A DNA stretch of 64,000 bases from the human T2T-CHM13v2.0 reference genome, Homo sapiens: assembly GCF_009914755.1 (NCBI RefSeq), contig NC_060930.1. One strand, given 5' to 3'. Made by a program: the position numbers and the translations under genes. Of the stretch, positions 1 through 15,455 are shown one piece after another; the first letter of the stretch is position 1, and every line of letters begins with the position of its first letter. The notes beneath the pieces are model-generated. The model did not search any database. It was not told where the DNA came from and saw only the letters and a program-made list of their open reading frames with translations.

Positions 1-385
1 AGTAGTATTAATGTTTTAAAAACAGAGGTAATGACATCTGTGAGAATAAAAGAAAGAAGATAAAAGGAATTCACCAAAGAAGACACACGCTCCCCACCTT
101 ACCAAAAGAATCAGCTGATTATAAAAAGAAAGGGTATACATATATGTCACATTTGTACCTTTAAAAATTACTTTTTCTACAGCAGCACTCAGTAACATAG
201 CATTACAATTTCCAATGGGTCCACTGCAGTGAGGCAATGTTGTTTCCTACAATTCTTTGTTTTTAAAGAAAACGATTCATTACACACTAAAACAACAACA
301 ACAACAACAAAACTTGCTCAATGGTCACTATGCTAGAAGTATTATATTAGGAATGGGTAAAAAAACCATCCAAGATAAGACCCCT

Positions 386-386
<1 letters not shown>

Positions 387-420
<34 letters not shown>
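387..420. repeat. (AC)17 microsatellite
   Basis: Directly visible. Confidence 0.98.
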
Positions 421-423
<3 letters not shown>

Positions 424-504
424 CATTGATGTTGCCAGGCATAAAGCATAACGAAGAAATGATTATGAGTTCTTTTGAAAACAATACTTATGATGATAGC
501 ATTA

Positions 505-655
505 TCTAACATTCATTGAACACTTACTGATATGCCAGGCAATTTGCTAACTGCCTTATATTCATTATTGCATATAATTCCCAAAACATTCTAGTGAGGT
601 AGGTGGTATTATCCTCATTTTACAAATAAGTAAGTCAAGATTTTGGCACATAAGT
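505..655. mobile_element. MIR SINE
   Basis: Core gaggtaggtggtattatcctcattttacaaataag. Confidence 0.75.
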
Positions 656-3600
656 TTTTCCTCACATTATTTTAAATGAATCGCTTTATACTTATTTAAG
701 GAAAACTCGTATCTATGTACCGGATTTAGATAGGGACTGAAAAAGTGACCCAAATACTAATTCCTATGCGTGAAAAACTGAGGAGATAATCTATGTTTCA
801 GCAAAACACAAAAAAGTGGAACTCTGCAAAGCTAATATATTGAGTAGTTTATATTACTGCATGGGATTATAAAATATGTAATAGAAATACATTATGCCAA
901 ATTCAAGCCTGATAAAGAGTAAATAAGGTGAAAATACTAATTTATAGTATATATCTAAATACTCAGCTGATATAAAAAATATTTAACTAGGAAAAAAAGT
1001 TTTTCTTTACATATTTTATACATTCCTGAAATACTAAGATTTATACTGTATTCCCTTAGAGATACCCATGCTTTCTCTGAAGGAACGAAAAAAGGCAATG
1101 GATTACTCCTTGTAAGCAACAATATCTCTACTTGGTTTTTCAAATAAAAACTGGTAATAGATTTTATTACCATGAGGGCATACACATGTGTTTCCCAAAA
1201 ATTATTAGAACACTGCCTCAAAATTTCCATAAAATTATATATAATGAAACAGCAGACATTTTGAGCAAACTACAGAAATAACTCATTTGATTAAAAATTC
1301 TATCCAGTTTCAAATTTGTTTGTTGTAAACTGTCAATAATTAAAAGCTGTAACCCATTCATACTAATAGAACACCCAATAACAAAAGGAAGAAAAAGCTT
1401 GCATGCTGTCAAAAGTATCATTTCTATTTTTCCTGAAATATTATATAAATTATTTGGCATACAGCAGCCCCTCAAGTGAACAGTTCCTCTTGTACCTCCT
1501 TTTTTGCCTAGGCAATCCCCAGTTCTCTTACAGAAGCAAAGAAAAACCAAAAATCTTTGGGGAGAATAAATAATACCATACCAATAAAACTACTGAGCAT
1601 AAAAATATTTGAAGAGAATAATAAACAGTTTTTCTCTACATGCTCATACACAAACACTTCAAATGTCAAAACAGTTATAAAACAAGCAGATGATCTTCTA
1701 GCCTTATAGGGAGAGAAAAAAAGGAATTTAAATATATATATATTTTCAAAATGTATTTTGAAGCCAGGGAAAATAACCTTAATCTTTGAAGAAGTTGTAG
1801 TTCAGCACACAGCATCTCAAAAAGGTAATTATTGCTTCTGAACTATTTCTTAGTCTCAGTATTTAGCATTTTAGGCAAGTTCTCAACTGCCTTTAGACAT
1901 CTTTGAAACTAGTCTCTTGTTTAATACAAAATAGGATGTCAGTTGATCAATATCTATTTGGCTTAAATTCATAAGTCCACAACCTCCCTTAAGTGGTAGA
2001 ACAAACAGGTACAAATCCTGAAAATTTATTGTTTCTTTTTAAACTCCAAATGGTATTTTCAGATGCCAAAAGGCATTTTGAAATCACTCACCCTTACTTC
2101 AGTAAAAATGAAAAAGGGGGATGGGGAGGGAGGGAGAATCTCATGAGGCCTTGTATGTCAAGTTTTTGCCCAGAGCTAATTTTCATAGCTGTGTTATAAA
2201 ACCCCGAAAATGGAGGTTTATAATGGAAATGCTGACAGACCCTCAACTATAGCAGCATGAATGGATATAATTAAAGGAAAGCTTTTGGCTACACCTAACT
2301 CCACAAATGAAAGACTGCCATTTTTATATTAACCTCAAATAACAGCAAGTGAGAACTTAAAATGTGATTCCAGAGAGGTAATGTGAAATGTTAAAGATGA
2401 CTGCTAAAACTATTTGACATTCGAAGTTTTAAACATAGGCATTTAGTTAACATAACCAAATCAGTATTTTCACAATGCTACTTAATCAGCAATAAAGAAT
2501 GCTCTGGTGAGCCATCAGCTCCAGTTAGCAGAAAGAAGCATATGAAGTTATTATTCCTTAACAGCCTAGAGGGAACTGCTTTTCTCTTTAATCAGTGATC
2601 ATAGATCCTTCCTACCTATAATTTCTCTGTCATACAGTTGTAAAACTATTACCCAGTTCAACACACACACGCACACACTTTATACACACATTTTTGCAAG
2701 GACTGGTACCTATTCCCACCTGAATTTGAAAACAGAAGAGATGGCTAAGGTAAAGTATTTCATTATTTCCCTTGTCAGAGATGCAGCCAGGAATAAATAT
2801 CATCAATCTATATAATCCATCTTCCTTACCTAAACCCAAATTCAAATAACTTAGCTCTGCTCTTAACTAAAGGGGGCGGCGAGCTTATGCTTTAATTTTT
2901 AACAACTATCCAAAATGTTTTTGACCCGATAGTATTAACAGTATATGGCATATCTAAAAAACTACTATCAAAAAATCTTGAATGAAGTTCCAGATTTGGG
3001 GTTAAGAAATTAGGAATACATCTCCATAACTGAATACCTAAATAACTTTTTCTTGTTTCCTGTCCAACTATTCTTCCCTTCTTTCTTTATTTTTAAGGTA
3101 AACAATCCTGAATGATCTCTTGGGCCCATCTCCAATAAATCCCAAACTAAAGGCTGGACTGCCTTGATAATATTTGCCTTGGAAATGCTAAAAACTGATG
3201 GGATAAAATGAACCTATCCAAGTCATAGTTCCTTTTATTACATACAGTAATCTGTTTGCAAATTACTAAAGTATGTTAGTACCTAAAATACAACAGCATT
3301 AATAAAGACTTGCATATTGCTGCACTATTTTTATTCATACATTGACCTTATACTTGTATCTGTTAAAACTGCTGATTTGGGCAATATAAGCTGAACATGA
3401 TTTGATGGGTTTTTTATGGCAATTGTTTTCAATCATAGTTGACAGCATAAGACAAAACCAAAACAGACATTTGTGAAAGGAATCAAATGTTATCAACATA
3501 AACATCTGATCCTTTTTGCACAGGCTAATCCTGAAGGCCAATAGCACAACCCCCTATCACCTACTCACACTCCAGAGGACAGCAAACTACAAATTGAATC

Positions 3601-4199
3601 CAGGTGCAGTTACAAGAAACTCTTCCTATCAATGTAAACTTAACTTCACTTTATATAATTGTCATTCTTCATCATCCTTTTTTGATTTCTACCTCTGTAC
3701 TTCTGAATAGCGTCCCACAGACTAACAGATACATCATAACTCACAATATATTTGCAAGAAATATTTTTCTAACACTCCTGAAATAACTTTGGCTTTAATG
3801 CTAAAGGATTTCTACTAAATTGAATTTAAGGAGCAAAAATTTGTTTTTATTGCAAGAAGTGAAATTTAGAGGGTTGGAATAGTACTAAAAAAATCAAAGA
3901 CAAATTATTATAAATAAAATGTGATATACTTGTCTCCACACCTCTCAAATCATTTTTTCCAACTGACTCATTTAAAAAAAAAAAAAACTTACAAAATAAA
4001 AAGAAAGTAATCAAAAGTCCCCAATAAGCAACTACCCCTTTTTTTGTAGCAAAAACAAAATGTAAAAGCACTCAGAATTATACAAATAGTGGTAATAATT
4101 TCAGGTTTGCAAATAAGTTTGCAGATTTCATTCATTCATCTCTAATTTTTTTTTTTTTAATGTAGTGGTATGGTTAGTTTTGGTTTAGTTATCTGTAAA

Positions 4200-4330
4200 C
4201 TTATAAAGACTGTATAAGCCATTCAGGTGATGGTTACACTAAAAGCCCAAATTTTACCACTACACAATATATGCATGTAACAAAACTGCACTTGTAACCT
4301 CTATACCTGTAAAAATAAAAAGAAAAGAAA
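4200..4330 (+). mobile_element. L1M 3' terminal fragment
   Basis: gtgatggttacactaaaagccc...catgtaacaaaactgcacttgta followed by an A-rich tail. Confidence 0.75.
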
Positions 4331-4785
4331 ATTAAGTAAGTTAATTAAAAATATAGTGTAAGAAGGCAGCTGTGGTATAGTTGGTTAAGAGTCTGAGTGC
4401 CAGTTCTGAAATTTAAATGTGTTATTTTAGATGAGCCACAAAAAAGTCTCTGTTTCCATTTTTTTCACCTATAAATAGGGATGGCAGGATTAGTAAAGAA
4501 TAAAGAAGACAGTATTTATAAGCATTAACTCTTTCAAGAATGTAAGAATTATTCTTGTGTTTCTAGTTACTATTTTTAAAGAATTACATACCAAGAAAAG
4601 TTCCAGTTAGGAGATTCAAGATAAGATGAAGTTGGTGAATGAATGTGAAATAGAGAAAAGAGTTCCTCTCTTTTTTGCTTTCTTTGTATTTTTAATGTCT
4701 ATCCAGCCTTCAAATTAAGTCTAATACGCCTATTACCAAGCTTCAACTGACACTGTTAACAAACTTCTGTGTTTCATTTCTTACC

Positions 4786-5282
<497 letters not shown>

Positions 5283-5717
5283 TTATTTCTTATCTTAGAA
5301 TGCTTTTCTAAATACACTCCATACAATGATCTAAAAATGAGAATGGAAGCTTTTTCATACATTATCAGTGAGAGTAAAAACTGGTACAATGGGTTTTTTT
5401 GGTATGAAATTTGGTAACATCTATTCACATTTAAAATGCACATACACCAATTCATTCTTAAGAATTAATCTATAGGTATACTTCCACAAGTACACAGAAA
5501 TACATTTACAAAGATGTTAAATAAACGTAAACTGGTAAACAATACACATTTCCATTATTAGCAACTGGATAAAGTTTGGCACATCTATATAATGAGACAG
5601 TAAATAGTCATTTAACAGAATTAGGTAGGTTTTCATGTTTTAACATGAAAAGCTGTTCAGGAAATATTAAATAAAACAAGGAATTTGCAAAACAAAGATC
5701 ATCTATTTTGTGTTTTA

Positions 5718-6131
<414 letters not shown>

Positions 6132-6196
6132 GGTAGGAAGGAGATATCTGGAAGGTTCTATAGAAACAATTTTATTTCTATGGATTAGAACTAGAG

Positions 6197-6392
6197 CAAT
6201 GTATCTCAACCTTAGCACTGCTGAAGATGGGCGACATAATTCTTTGTTGTAGGAGTTGTCTTGAGCACTGTAGAGTGTTTAGCAGCATTTCTGACCTCAC
6301 CAGTGCTGTCCCCCTAGTTGTGACAACCAAAAATGTCTCCAGGCATCCAAATGTTCCCTGGGGGACAACTCACTCCCAGTTGAGAACTACTG
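6197..6392. mobile_element. MER20 hAT-Charlie MITE
   Basis: TIRs caatgtatctcaac / gttgagaactactg; perfect 8-bp TSD AACTAGAG; core gttgtgacaaccaaaaatgtctccag. Confidence 0.88.
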
Positions 6393-7784
6393 AACTAGAG
6401 AATGAAGAAGTGAAGCTGAGGAGACAGATTTACTTGTCACTTTATATCTCTTTTGTCCCCCATTTGTAAAATGATAATATATTACACAAACAATATAAAG
6501 ATAATTTTAACAAAAACCAAAAAGATTGCCAGAAATTTTTAATTAACACATTAAATTTAAAGTACTTGTAGGATACGAACCTATGAGGAAAAAAAAACTA
6601 TGTAAGAAGCAATATAATTGTTAAAAAGAATTAAAAAGGACTTATCTATTTTCAGAAAAGGCAGAAAGATATATGGATTCTGCTACTTTTTTCCCCACGA
6701 CTGCCTCTTCTGAAGATGCCCATACTCTTTCTTCCTTTCTTATTCCTATGCTCTGACATCTTTTGGGGACTATAGTTCTCCATGACCAGGATGGCTTAGA
6801 CCAACACCCTCCTCTTCCTTCTTGTTTTGTATATTCAGACAGATATATAGAGACAAACCAAAACTGATATTGGAAACATAAAAATTTCTAATTTTCCCAA
6901 GAAGCACAGGGAATCACTTAACATTTATTTAAAAACTGAAGAAATAAAACAAAGTTGGCATTTGGAAGAAGTATAAAACCCGCCATGAAAACACGGCATA
7001 GAATAGAGAAAATCAAGCTAGTAATAGAAATAAATTTGATAATAAATAAATTCCCCAAATTTGGAAATCTTGCCAAGCTTAGCACCTCTGAAAAACAGAT
7101 GCAACATTTGTAATATGATATTAGGAGGAGGGAAGCAGTCTGTTTATCTTTGGACATGATTTCAAATACAATCATTTTCTGTGACAGTGAGTAACCATAC
7201 TGAGTGGTAGTATTTAACTTCTTAAGAACATGTACTTCAAAGGTAAAACTGCTATGTGAAAAGTGCCTAAAGGCAATAAATATCATAACCATTGTTCTTA
7301 TCCACATCAAGTTTGTGTCTGAGTGTATTTAACATATCTGCATAATTTAAGTGGATCTGAAAAACAGTAAGTTTTGTATAGGTGATTGGTGTTATTAATA
7401 GAATTATCTATGTTAATTTCAGAGCAAACTGGTTTATTTCAAAGCATTTGATGCAGCTAAGGCTATGACTTTGCTGCAAAAATTTAAAGAAAGTCACTTT
7501 TAAAAAATGGTGTAATGTGACCAAAACTTCCTTATGGGCACAAAATTACAAATGCTTCAGTAAAAGCCACCTCAGACATGAGCTCATGATCTTGCTCAGA
7601 ATATCTGTAACGTATCTCTGGGTAATAATACACTTTTCTGAGAGGTAGCAGGGGAAGGAAGGGCTAAGAGAAAGCATGGCTCTCAGACTGCACCAGAGCT
7701 GCTCTTGACTTTAGTTCTGCATCTTGTGTTTGCATATAAGCTTTCTTTTGAAAAGCTATTGTTTGAAAAACAGCTTGAAAACTA

Positions 7785-8147
7785 CAGGTTGAGCCTCACT
7801 AATCTGAAAATTCAAAATCCAAAATGCCCCAAAATTCAAAACTTTTTGAGTGCCAACATGACACTACAAGTGGAAAATTGTATCTGGCCTCATGGGATGG
7901 GTTGCAGTCAAAACTTTGTTTCATGCACAAAATTATTCAAAATGTTGCATAAAATTACATTCAGCCTGTGTATAAGATGTATGTGAAACATAACTGAATT
8001 TTATGTTTAGACTTGGGTCCCCTCCTCAAAATATCTCATTATGCATATGCAAATATTCCAAAATCTAAACAAATCCAAAATCCAAAACACTTCTAGTCCC
8101 AAGCTTTTCATATAATAGCATTTTAGTACACGGATATATTCAACCTG
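7785..8147. mobile_element. Tigger4/MER46-type MITE
   Basis: TA|CAGGTTGAG...TTCAACCTG|TA termini. Confidence 0.85.
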
Positions 8148-8304
8148 TACTGATTTATGCCCATGTAGTAGAAAACTAAATCCTTCCTCTACATTTGGAT
8201 TTCATGTGTATTTGTATATATGCATATATATAACTTTAATATAAAATCCACATAAGTAATTATATAAAACAAATCATAAATTAGCATACAACTGAAAACC
8301 ATAC

Positions 8305-8814
8305 CTGATTCTGGCCAGAACAGCTTGTAGGAAGCTCAATACTGTCCTAAGTTCAGATTCTCGACATGCTCGCAGAAGCATACTAAATCCATCATTAAGC
8401 AGTTTTTCATGGGAAGGATACAAGCAATAGCTGGTCTCAAACACTTCTTGAACACCATCAATGTATATGGAAAGAAGGGTCCAGATAGTCTGTCTCTGTA
8501 CCATTTCCTCATTCTTAGACACCAAGAATTCCTTTGCTTTCTCCCGGAAAGCACATGAAAATTTCTCAGCCAAAACACCAATGTCCAGATTTTTCTGGGC
8601 ATACATCAAGAGGAAGGCCATGTGACCCTTCCAAATGAGGGCTCTCTGAGACATTACAAAAGCAGGCTTGAGGAAATTCAGGAGGTCTAAAACATGACTT
8701 GCAACATCTTCTACCTCTGCAACAGCTGCTAACAGTAGAAAAAGGCTAAAAAAGTTCTGTAGACCAACTTCAGTTAGTTCTTCCATTCTTTTTTGATGGA
8801 ATTTTGAATATATT
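8305..8814 (-). CDS. MMS22L: MMS22L exon 14 (gene continues beyond the window start)
   Basis: ttacag|A...ATCAG|GTATGG; 510 nt; IYSKFHQKRMEELTEVGLQNFF...LQAVLARI (core of ORF 8274..8858); cumulative CDS 2039 nt. Confidence 0.97.
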
Positions 8815-9474
8815 CTGTAAAACATTAAAAAATGCTTTAATAAAATTGTTTCATTCACAAAAATCTGTATCTCTTAAAAGAAAATTTGTTTCAATACTCA
8901 TAACAATCTCATTAAATTTTAAGCTAATTCTTTATTTTGATGCTGCCTTGTCACTTTTTTTACTTAGAAAACACATAATGGCCCTACCTTGAAATTTCCC
9001 AATGATGCAGCAAATCACCTGTAAGTGAATCAAAGGATTCAATGGCTTTCCCCAAAGGAAAGTAGAAATGTTTTCATATAGTACATGGCTTTTCCTTTTA
9101 TTCAAGTCCCCCATCACCTTTCTTTTCTTATTTTGATTAGTAAATAAGAAAGAATATATAATCTTTTAAATACAATTTGATATGCTTTTACAGAGATCTT
9201 AACAGGACAATTTTATGTAACAATTTTCCTTAAACTCTTTTCTCCCTGCACCCCCTCACGAACACTTGCTCTTATTTTACTTATACCTTAAGACAATGCA
9301 AGGCGTTAGAAAAATTCTTTGTAGCCATCTGCAAAGAACTATGCATTTAAAAATCTCCCATCAATACTATTTAATACAATAGTTGACAAAATAGTACAAT
9401 AGATAATATAGTTAATAGTTGACATTCTTTTCTTTCATCAATTAAGGGGTTAGAATTGAAAACAATTCATCTGA

Positions 9475-9816
<342 letters not shown>

Positions 9817-10836
9817 TAAGTTTTGCAACTTCTATAACTGGCTTATTCAGGACAGAAATGAGTAATGCTCATGAGAGTTAAATGTTTATAAATACTTAAA
9901 AGCTGACAAACTCTTAAAAGTAAAAATCTGTTTAATTATCTTTGTATTGTCTACTACTATCCCCACTATAGTGCTTGACATATAGTATGTGTCTAATAGA
10001 CTTGTTATTGAATAAACTCCAATGACTTCTTTTAGCCATAAAGTTCTGAGTATTATGTCTTCCATAAAATTGCTTAAGATTCAAAAACAAACTGTCAAAT
10101 AGAACAAAATAAAAAAAAACTGTTTAAGCCATGTGATTCTTGTAGATTTAATAAAGAAGCTGGCATTTAAAACAGTATATGATAAATGAAATATCCAAAC
10201 CATATCACCATACCCTTATAAGAATTACTCACTGTGGGACTCAAACAGGAATTTCATTAAGTGATTCTTGAGAAGTCCCTACCTAGTATTCTCTTCCCTG
10301 AGAGGTCTCAACAAATAATCTGAGCAAGTGGTAGATGGTGGTGTACTGCACAAAGAAGGCTAAGAAAAGAGCTAATATAGGCAAAGGAAGTAGAAAAAAG
10401 AAAGACAATTTAAAAGTATACTCATTGAACAAGCAAAACTCTCAAAAGAGACAGAGAAAACAATGGACTAATGTGACCAAAGTTTATTTTATCAGAAATG
10501 AAAACAGCATAGTTCCCAAATGAGAACATTAGTTATCTGGTTCTACTATACTGTGGTCAGTTCTCATTTAAAAAACAAAACAAACCAAAAAAACCAGTGC
10601 TTGTGAACCGCTGGGCTCAAAGAACACAAAAGTTTTATATGTTGAAACTATTACCTACCAACGTACAACTTGAAGATGTTTGTTTCTATCACTTTTAATC
10701 AAATGCATATAATGGATTACCTAGTAACATTATAACTAATTAAGACTCTAATCCCAAGTAAACATAACAAAATACAAATAGTAACACCTATCCAAAGATA
10801 TCAGTGCACACTCATGACAGAAGATACTGCATATAC

Positions 10837-11063
10837 CTTCCTTTGACTTGTTTCCAAGGATGAGGGCCATTGCTCTTCATTGCTTTTTTAACAACTTTTG
10901 CCAGAATACAAAGAAAAATAGTATAACTACTGCTGGATTTATATAGTTCCTGATCTTGTTTATCGCAACAGCAAGTCTTCACCATTTCAAGCATAGACAA
11001 GGGTGACTTCATGGTATTAGCAAGGCCTTTAAAAGGAAGCCAAGAAATACTGAAGGAACTATT
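10837..11063 (-). CDS. MMS22L: MMS22L exon 13
   Basis: ttttag|AAT...AG|GTATAT; 227 nt; NSSFSISWLPFKGLANTMKSPLSMLEMVKTCCCDKQDQELY...PWKQVKG. Confidence 0.97.
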
Positions 11064-11249
11064 CTAAAAGGGGGGAAAAAAAGATAGAAAACAATTATTA
11101 GTCTCTTAGTAAATAAAATGGTAAGCTGCAAATCCCAGTTAGTTGGTTCATCAAAAGTCTGACTCATCTTAATCACAAAAACTACATGAACACGATTCTC
11201 TAAAATAAAAATTCCATGAAAGTACAGAGCATCAAGAGGTGTCCAAATT

Positions 11250-12200
11250 TTGGATTGTCCCCCAAATGTGTTTTTAACAGTTGATTTGTCCAAATTAGGA
11301 TACAAACAAGATCCATACATTGCATTCAGTGATATGCATGGCACTGTGGGCTCTTTTATTCTTTAAGTTTCCCAATGTTTTTGTTATACCACTTGTTTTT
11401 AATATCAGGTCATTGGTTGTATAAAATTTCCCATGTTCTAAATTTAGCTGCTTGTATGGCTCTAGTGTTACTTAATCTTTTTTCCCTTCCCTTTTCTGTA
11501 AATTGGTGGCTATATCTAGAGGTTTCATCAGATTTATGTTGACTTTTTTGACAAGAATCTTTCATCAGTAGTACTAAGTAGTTCCTATTGCATTTAGTAA
11601 AAAGGCACATAAGTTCTGACTTTTTGTGATGTTAAAACTGGTCAGGTTATCAGCCTGGTCCACCCATTTTAGTGGTCCCACAAGCCTTTTACTTAACAGT
11701 TTTCGTAGCATTGATGATCATTGCCCAGATGCCTTATTTCATTAAATGTACAAAATGGTGACTTCTAATTCTATCACGTTTTCTTAATTAACTCATCAGA
11801 AATCTGATTACTCTAAAATATAGTTTGTATTTTCTTTACAGTTTTCAGAATTAGGTGTTTCTTTTTTCAGAGTAACTTTTTACAAAGAAGCATAAACTCA
11901 GAGATTTAAACATATTTAATATGTTTTAATCTATTGCAGTCATTATTCTTTCTTATGCTCAAATTTTCCCATTTTCTGGGCAATGGACATTCCTTCAGGT
12001 TGGCTCCTGTGTTCTTCTGACATGACTCTAGCTTAATTTGATACCTTTCCTGCTTTCTGGTATGACAAGACACCCTAGACTCACCCTGGACTCTTCCTGC
12101 CTCAAGACTACAATCAGTCATTTCTCCAACTAGCCTAAAATTATGCTTCAGAGAAGGGCATTTTTCTAATTTTTTAATAAGCTCCATTATCCACAAATCC
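11250..12200 (-). mobile_element. Old L1M (L1MC/ME-like) fragments
   Basis: Diverged 3'UTR-type motifs, e.g. cttcaggttggctcctgtgttcttctgacatga. Confidence 0.55.
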
Positions 12201-13270
12201 AAACATTATTTACTTGTAAATCTTCCATTACCATTTTCTATTTTGATTGAGAGGTTCACTAATTATTTACCCCAAACCCAAAACATCCCAAATTTCCTTT
12301 CTATATACAAAGTATAAATCCTTTAAATCTACCTTTAAATTTTCAATCTTCCAAACTCATCCTCTCCTTTCTAAATATATTGTTCCTATTTCAGTTCTCA
12401 GCCATAGTATCATTTGCTCATACAACTACAATAAACCACTAAGTTGTCTGTACCCAATTCATTTACACCACTTTCAGAAAAAAAAAAAAAGCTTTCTCAA
12501 ACACATACCTAAGTCACATCCTCGCTATTTAGTGTCTCCTGAATAAACCAGAATTAACTGTACATTATCTTCAACCCTTCATAGCCTAGCCCCAGACTGC
12601 CTTCTCTAGTCTCCTATCTTCGGTCTCTCCATAGTTATCCGAGGCCTATAATTCAGAACTATTTAACATGGTAGGAACAGACCATGCTTTTTCATACCTC
12701 CATGTATTTGTCCATGTTGTTCATTCTGCCTGGATCCCTTTTTCTTCTGTTAGAAAATTCTACTCATTCCCAAAGCCAAGTTCAAAAATTATGACCTCAT
12801 GAAGTCTTCCACAAATACAGATACCGGGTTAGATACCCTCTCCTCTGGAGTTCCACAATTATAACTTTTTTCCCACAATGTATGTATACCCACCCACTAG
12901 TAGCCTATAAGCTACTCAAATGCCAGGATTGTTTCTTACTCAGGACAGCAGTGCCTGTTCAATGTGTCATGAGCAATCAATTATTATTAGAAACATTTAT
13001 AAATGAAGATTTTATAAATATCTGATACATTTTAGCTACTTTGTTTACCCTTGCTCTCAAGAGAAAAAGGATACCAAATGCTGTTTCCCTTATGACAAAG
13101 CTCTACAATGTTAAAGATAAAACTATTCACGAGCTACTCCAATCTACTCTGAAAAAAATTAACTTTTTAAGAAAAATCCATAACTATTCATAATTAAACC
13201 ATAAAGACATTCCTCAAATATGTACAAATTTTTAAAATTCCTGGAGCAAATTCCTATTCTATTCACTCAC

Positions 13271-13390
13271 CAGGTTCTTACTATAATATTCCCATAAAAT
13301 GGTAACAATTGCAATGTTTGGCTCCCAGAAATCACAAAGTGTCAAACAACAGTGAAGATACATTCGTAATTGTTCTTCTAGAATGACACC
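13271..13390 (-). CDS. MMS22L: MMS22L exon 12
   Basis: ttttag|GGT...CTG|GTGAGT; 120 nt; GVILEEQLRMYLHCCLTLCDFWEPNIAIVTILWEYYSKNL. Confidence 0.97.
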
Positions 13391-15455
13391 CTAAAAAATA
13401 AACTGAAGTTATGAGAAGGTAAATGGGCTCTGGCAATATAAACATTTTCACTTGATATTGTGCTGTATATAACCTGCAGCTAAAAAGAAAATAAATATGT
13501 GTCACCCAATCATACCCATTCTCATATGCAGACTAGGTCTAAATCAACACAACACATACTTCCAAAAACATGTTTTAAACACCATTAACACATTCAGATA
13601 ACAGAAGTCACATAACTCGACTTTTAATTCAATTATTTAAAAATTACAGGTGTTTCATAATTGAATGGTACTGGAAACCCAGAAACCAGAAAAGGAACCC
13701 AAACCAAAAAGAAGTGGCAAAAATGATGTAACGATTAAGATGTACACAAATCCAGAGTGCTTGGTCATACTTAAGTACTTGGTCAAATCTTTTTATAGGA
13801 TTATAGGAGTTGTTCTTTCTAAAACCAAAGGATTGTCAGAGTACATCTATTTTAACCTTTTAGGAGATAACAGGAGGAAAAGGAAGTAGAAAAAACATAG
13901 ATGCTTTTTCTATGACGATATAACCATGCATATATTTTTTAAATAACACACTGAATTCCAATCATTCAACAATTGTATTTAAAACTTACCACATACTAGG
14001 CACTGTTTTAACGTACTAGGCATAGGACAACAAGTAAGTCAGAGATAGCACATGTACTGGTAGAGCTTACATTTTTGGAAAGAAAAGAAAAGGACACTAA
14101 AACAAGATAAATTTGAACAGAAGTAACTGCTGTGAAAATGAAACAAAGCAAAGTAATGTGGCAAAGTAATTGGTAAAGGATAAGCATCATTATTTTATTA
14201 GCTGCTATGAATGGAAAAGCCTTTTGAAGGGCTGCAATTGAACTACATGATTAAATGAAAGTCAATAAAGACTTGGAAGAAAAACATTCAAGGCAGAGAA
14301 AATGAGTGGAAAGTTCCTCAATTATTAGTAGGCTTGGTATTATAAAATTCTAGACAGGAAGACATCATATCTCATTTGAGGCTTTACTGGTCTTGGTAAG
14401 AAATTTGGATTGTATTTTAAATATGTTGGGAAGCTACTGGAAAAGAGTAAGCACAGAAGTGACATGATGTGATTGTTTCAAAAACACTGCTCTGGATTAT
14501 ACATAAAGAGTGAATAGAGGGGATAAGAAGAGATGCAGGGAGACCAGGTAGGAGGCGACTGTGCGAAACTATAAGACTGAAACTTTAAAGATATGTTTGG
14601 AAAAAGATTCAGTGGGATTTGCTGGTAAATTACATTAAAGTATGAAAGAAAGAAGTTTCAGGTTTTTGCATAAGGAAATAGGTCAATGGTGCTATTTCCT
14701 GAAATGGCAAAGACTAAAGGAAGAACTTATGAGGTGAGTGTCCAGGGTATACAAGTAGAGCTATTAAGCAGATAATCTGACCTATGGGTCTAGAGTTAAG
14801 GGATTAAAGTCAGAGTTGTTGACATAAATTTGGGTCAATGATAAAAGGATCCATAACTGAGAGCCATTTGATATTATAACATTTTCATATGAAGCAAGTG
14901 GAGAATATATGCAAAAACAAGTGGTCAATGAAGTAAAAAGGAAACCAGGCATTGCGGATGCCAAGAGAAGTACTTCAGAAAAACGACAGTGGTGAACAGG
15001 ATTGACCTCTGCTCAGAGGTTACAAAAAGAAGAAATAAGAACCCTTGGAAGAAACAATATGGAAGTCATTGACGGCCTTCCCAGAGCAGTTTGGGGCTTG
15101 ATGAAGACTATGATGAAGAAGCTCAACTATGGATGGCTGAGGACATCTAGGAGGTGAGGAAGTAAATATTTAAGTGAAAATACACAAACAATAAAGTCCT
15201 TGAACAGGTGAGAAGAGTTAAGATCCAGTGCACGAGGGAAGGAATTAGCTCTTGATAGAAAGTGACACTTCTAACATAAAAGAAGAATAGTCTGAGAGGT
15301 TGAATATGAAGCAGATGTGTTGGGAGATTTAAAGCTGTAAAGATAGGAATTCTTACCTGACCAATTCTATTTTTCAATGATTTATGAGGCAAGATGTTAA
15401 CCCGAATGGATTGGAGAAGAGTACGTATTAAATTTTATGTCAAAGAGAAGTTCTG

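Noticed and set aside
2865-2884. CTCF-like AAAGGGGGCGGC in AT-rich intron
   Set aside because: The 5' half mismatches the CCASYAG core at four positions.
6918-7310. 130-aa minus-strand ORF in intron 14
   Set aside because: No similarity to the expected next MMS22L exon or to any family I recognise; composition is typical of chance ORFs in AT-rich DNA.
8274-8858. 194-aa ORF as a standalone gene
   Set aside because: It is MMS22L exon 14 plus read-through into both flanking introns.
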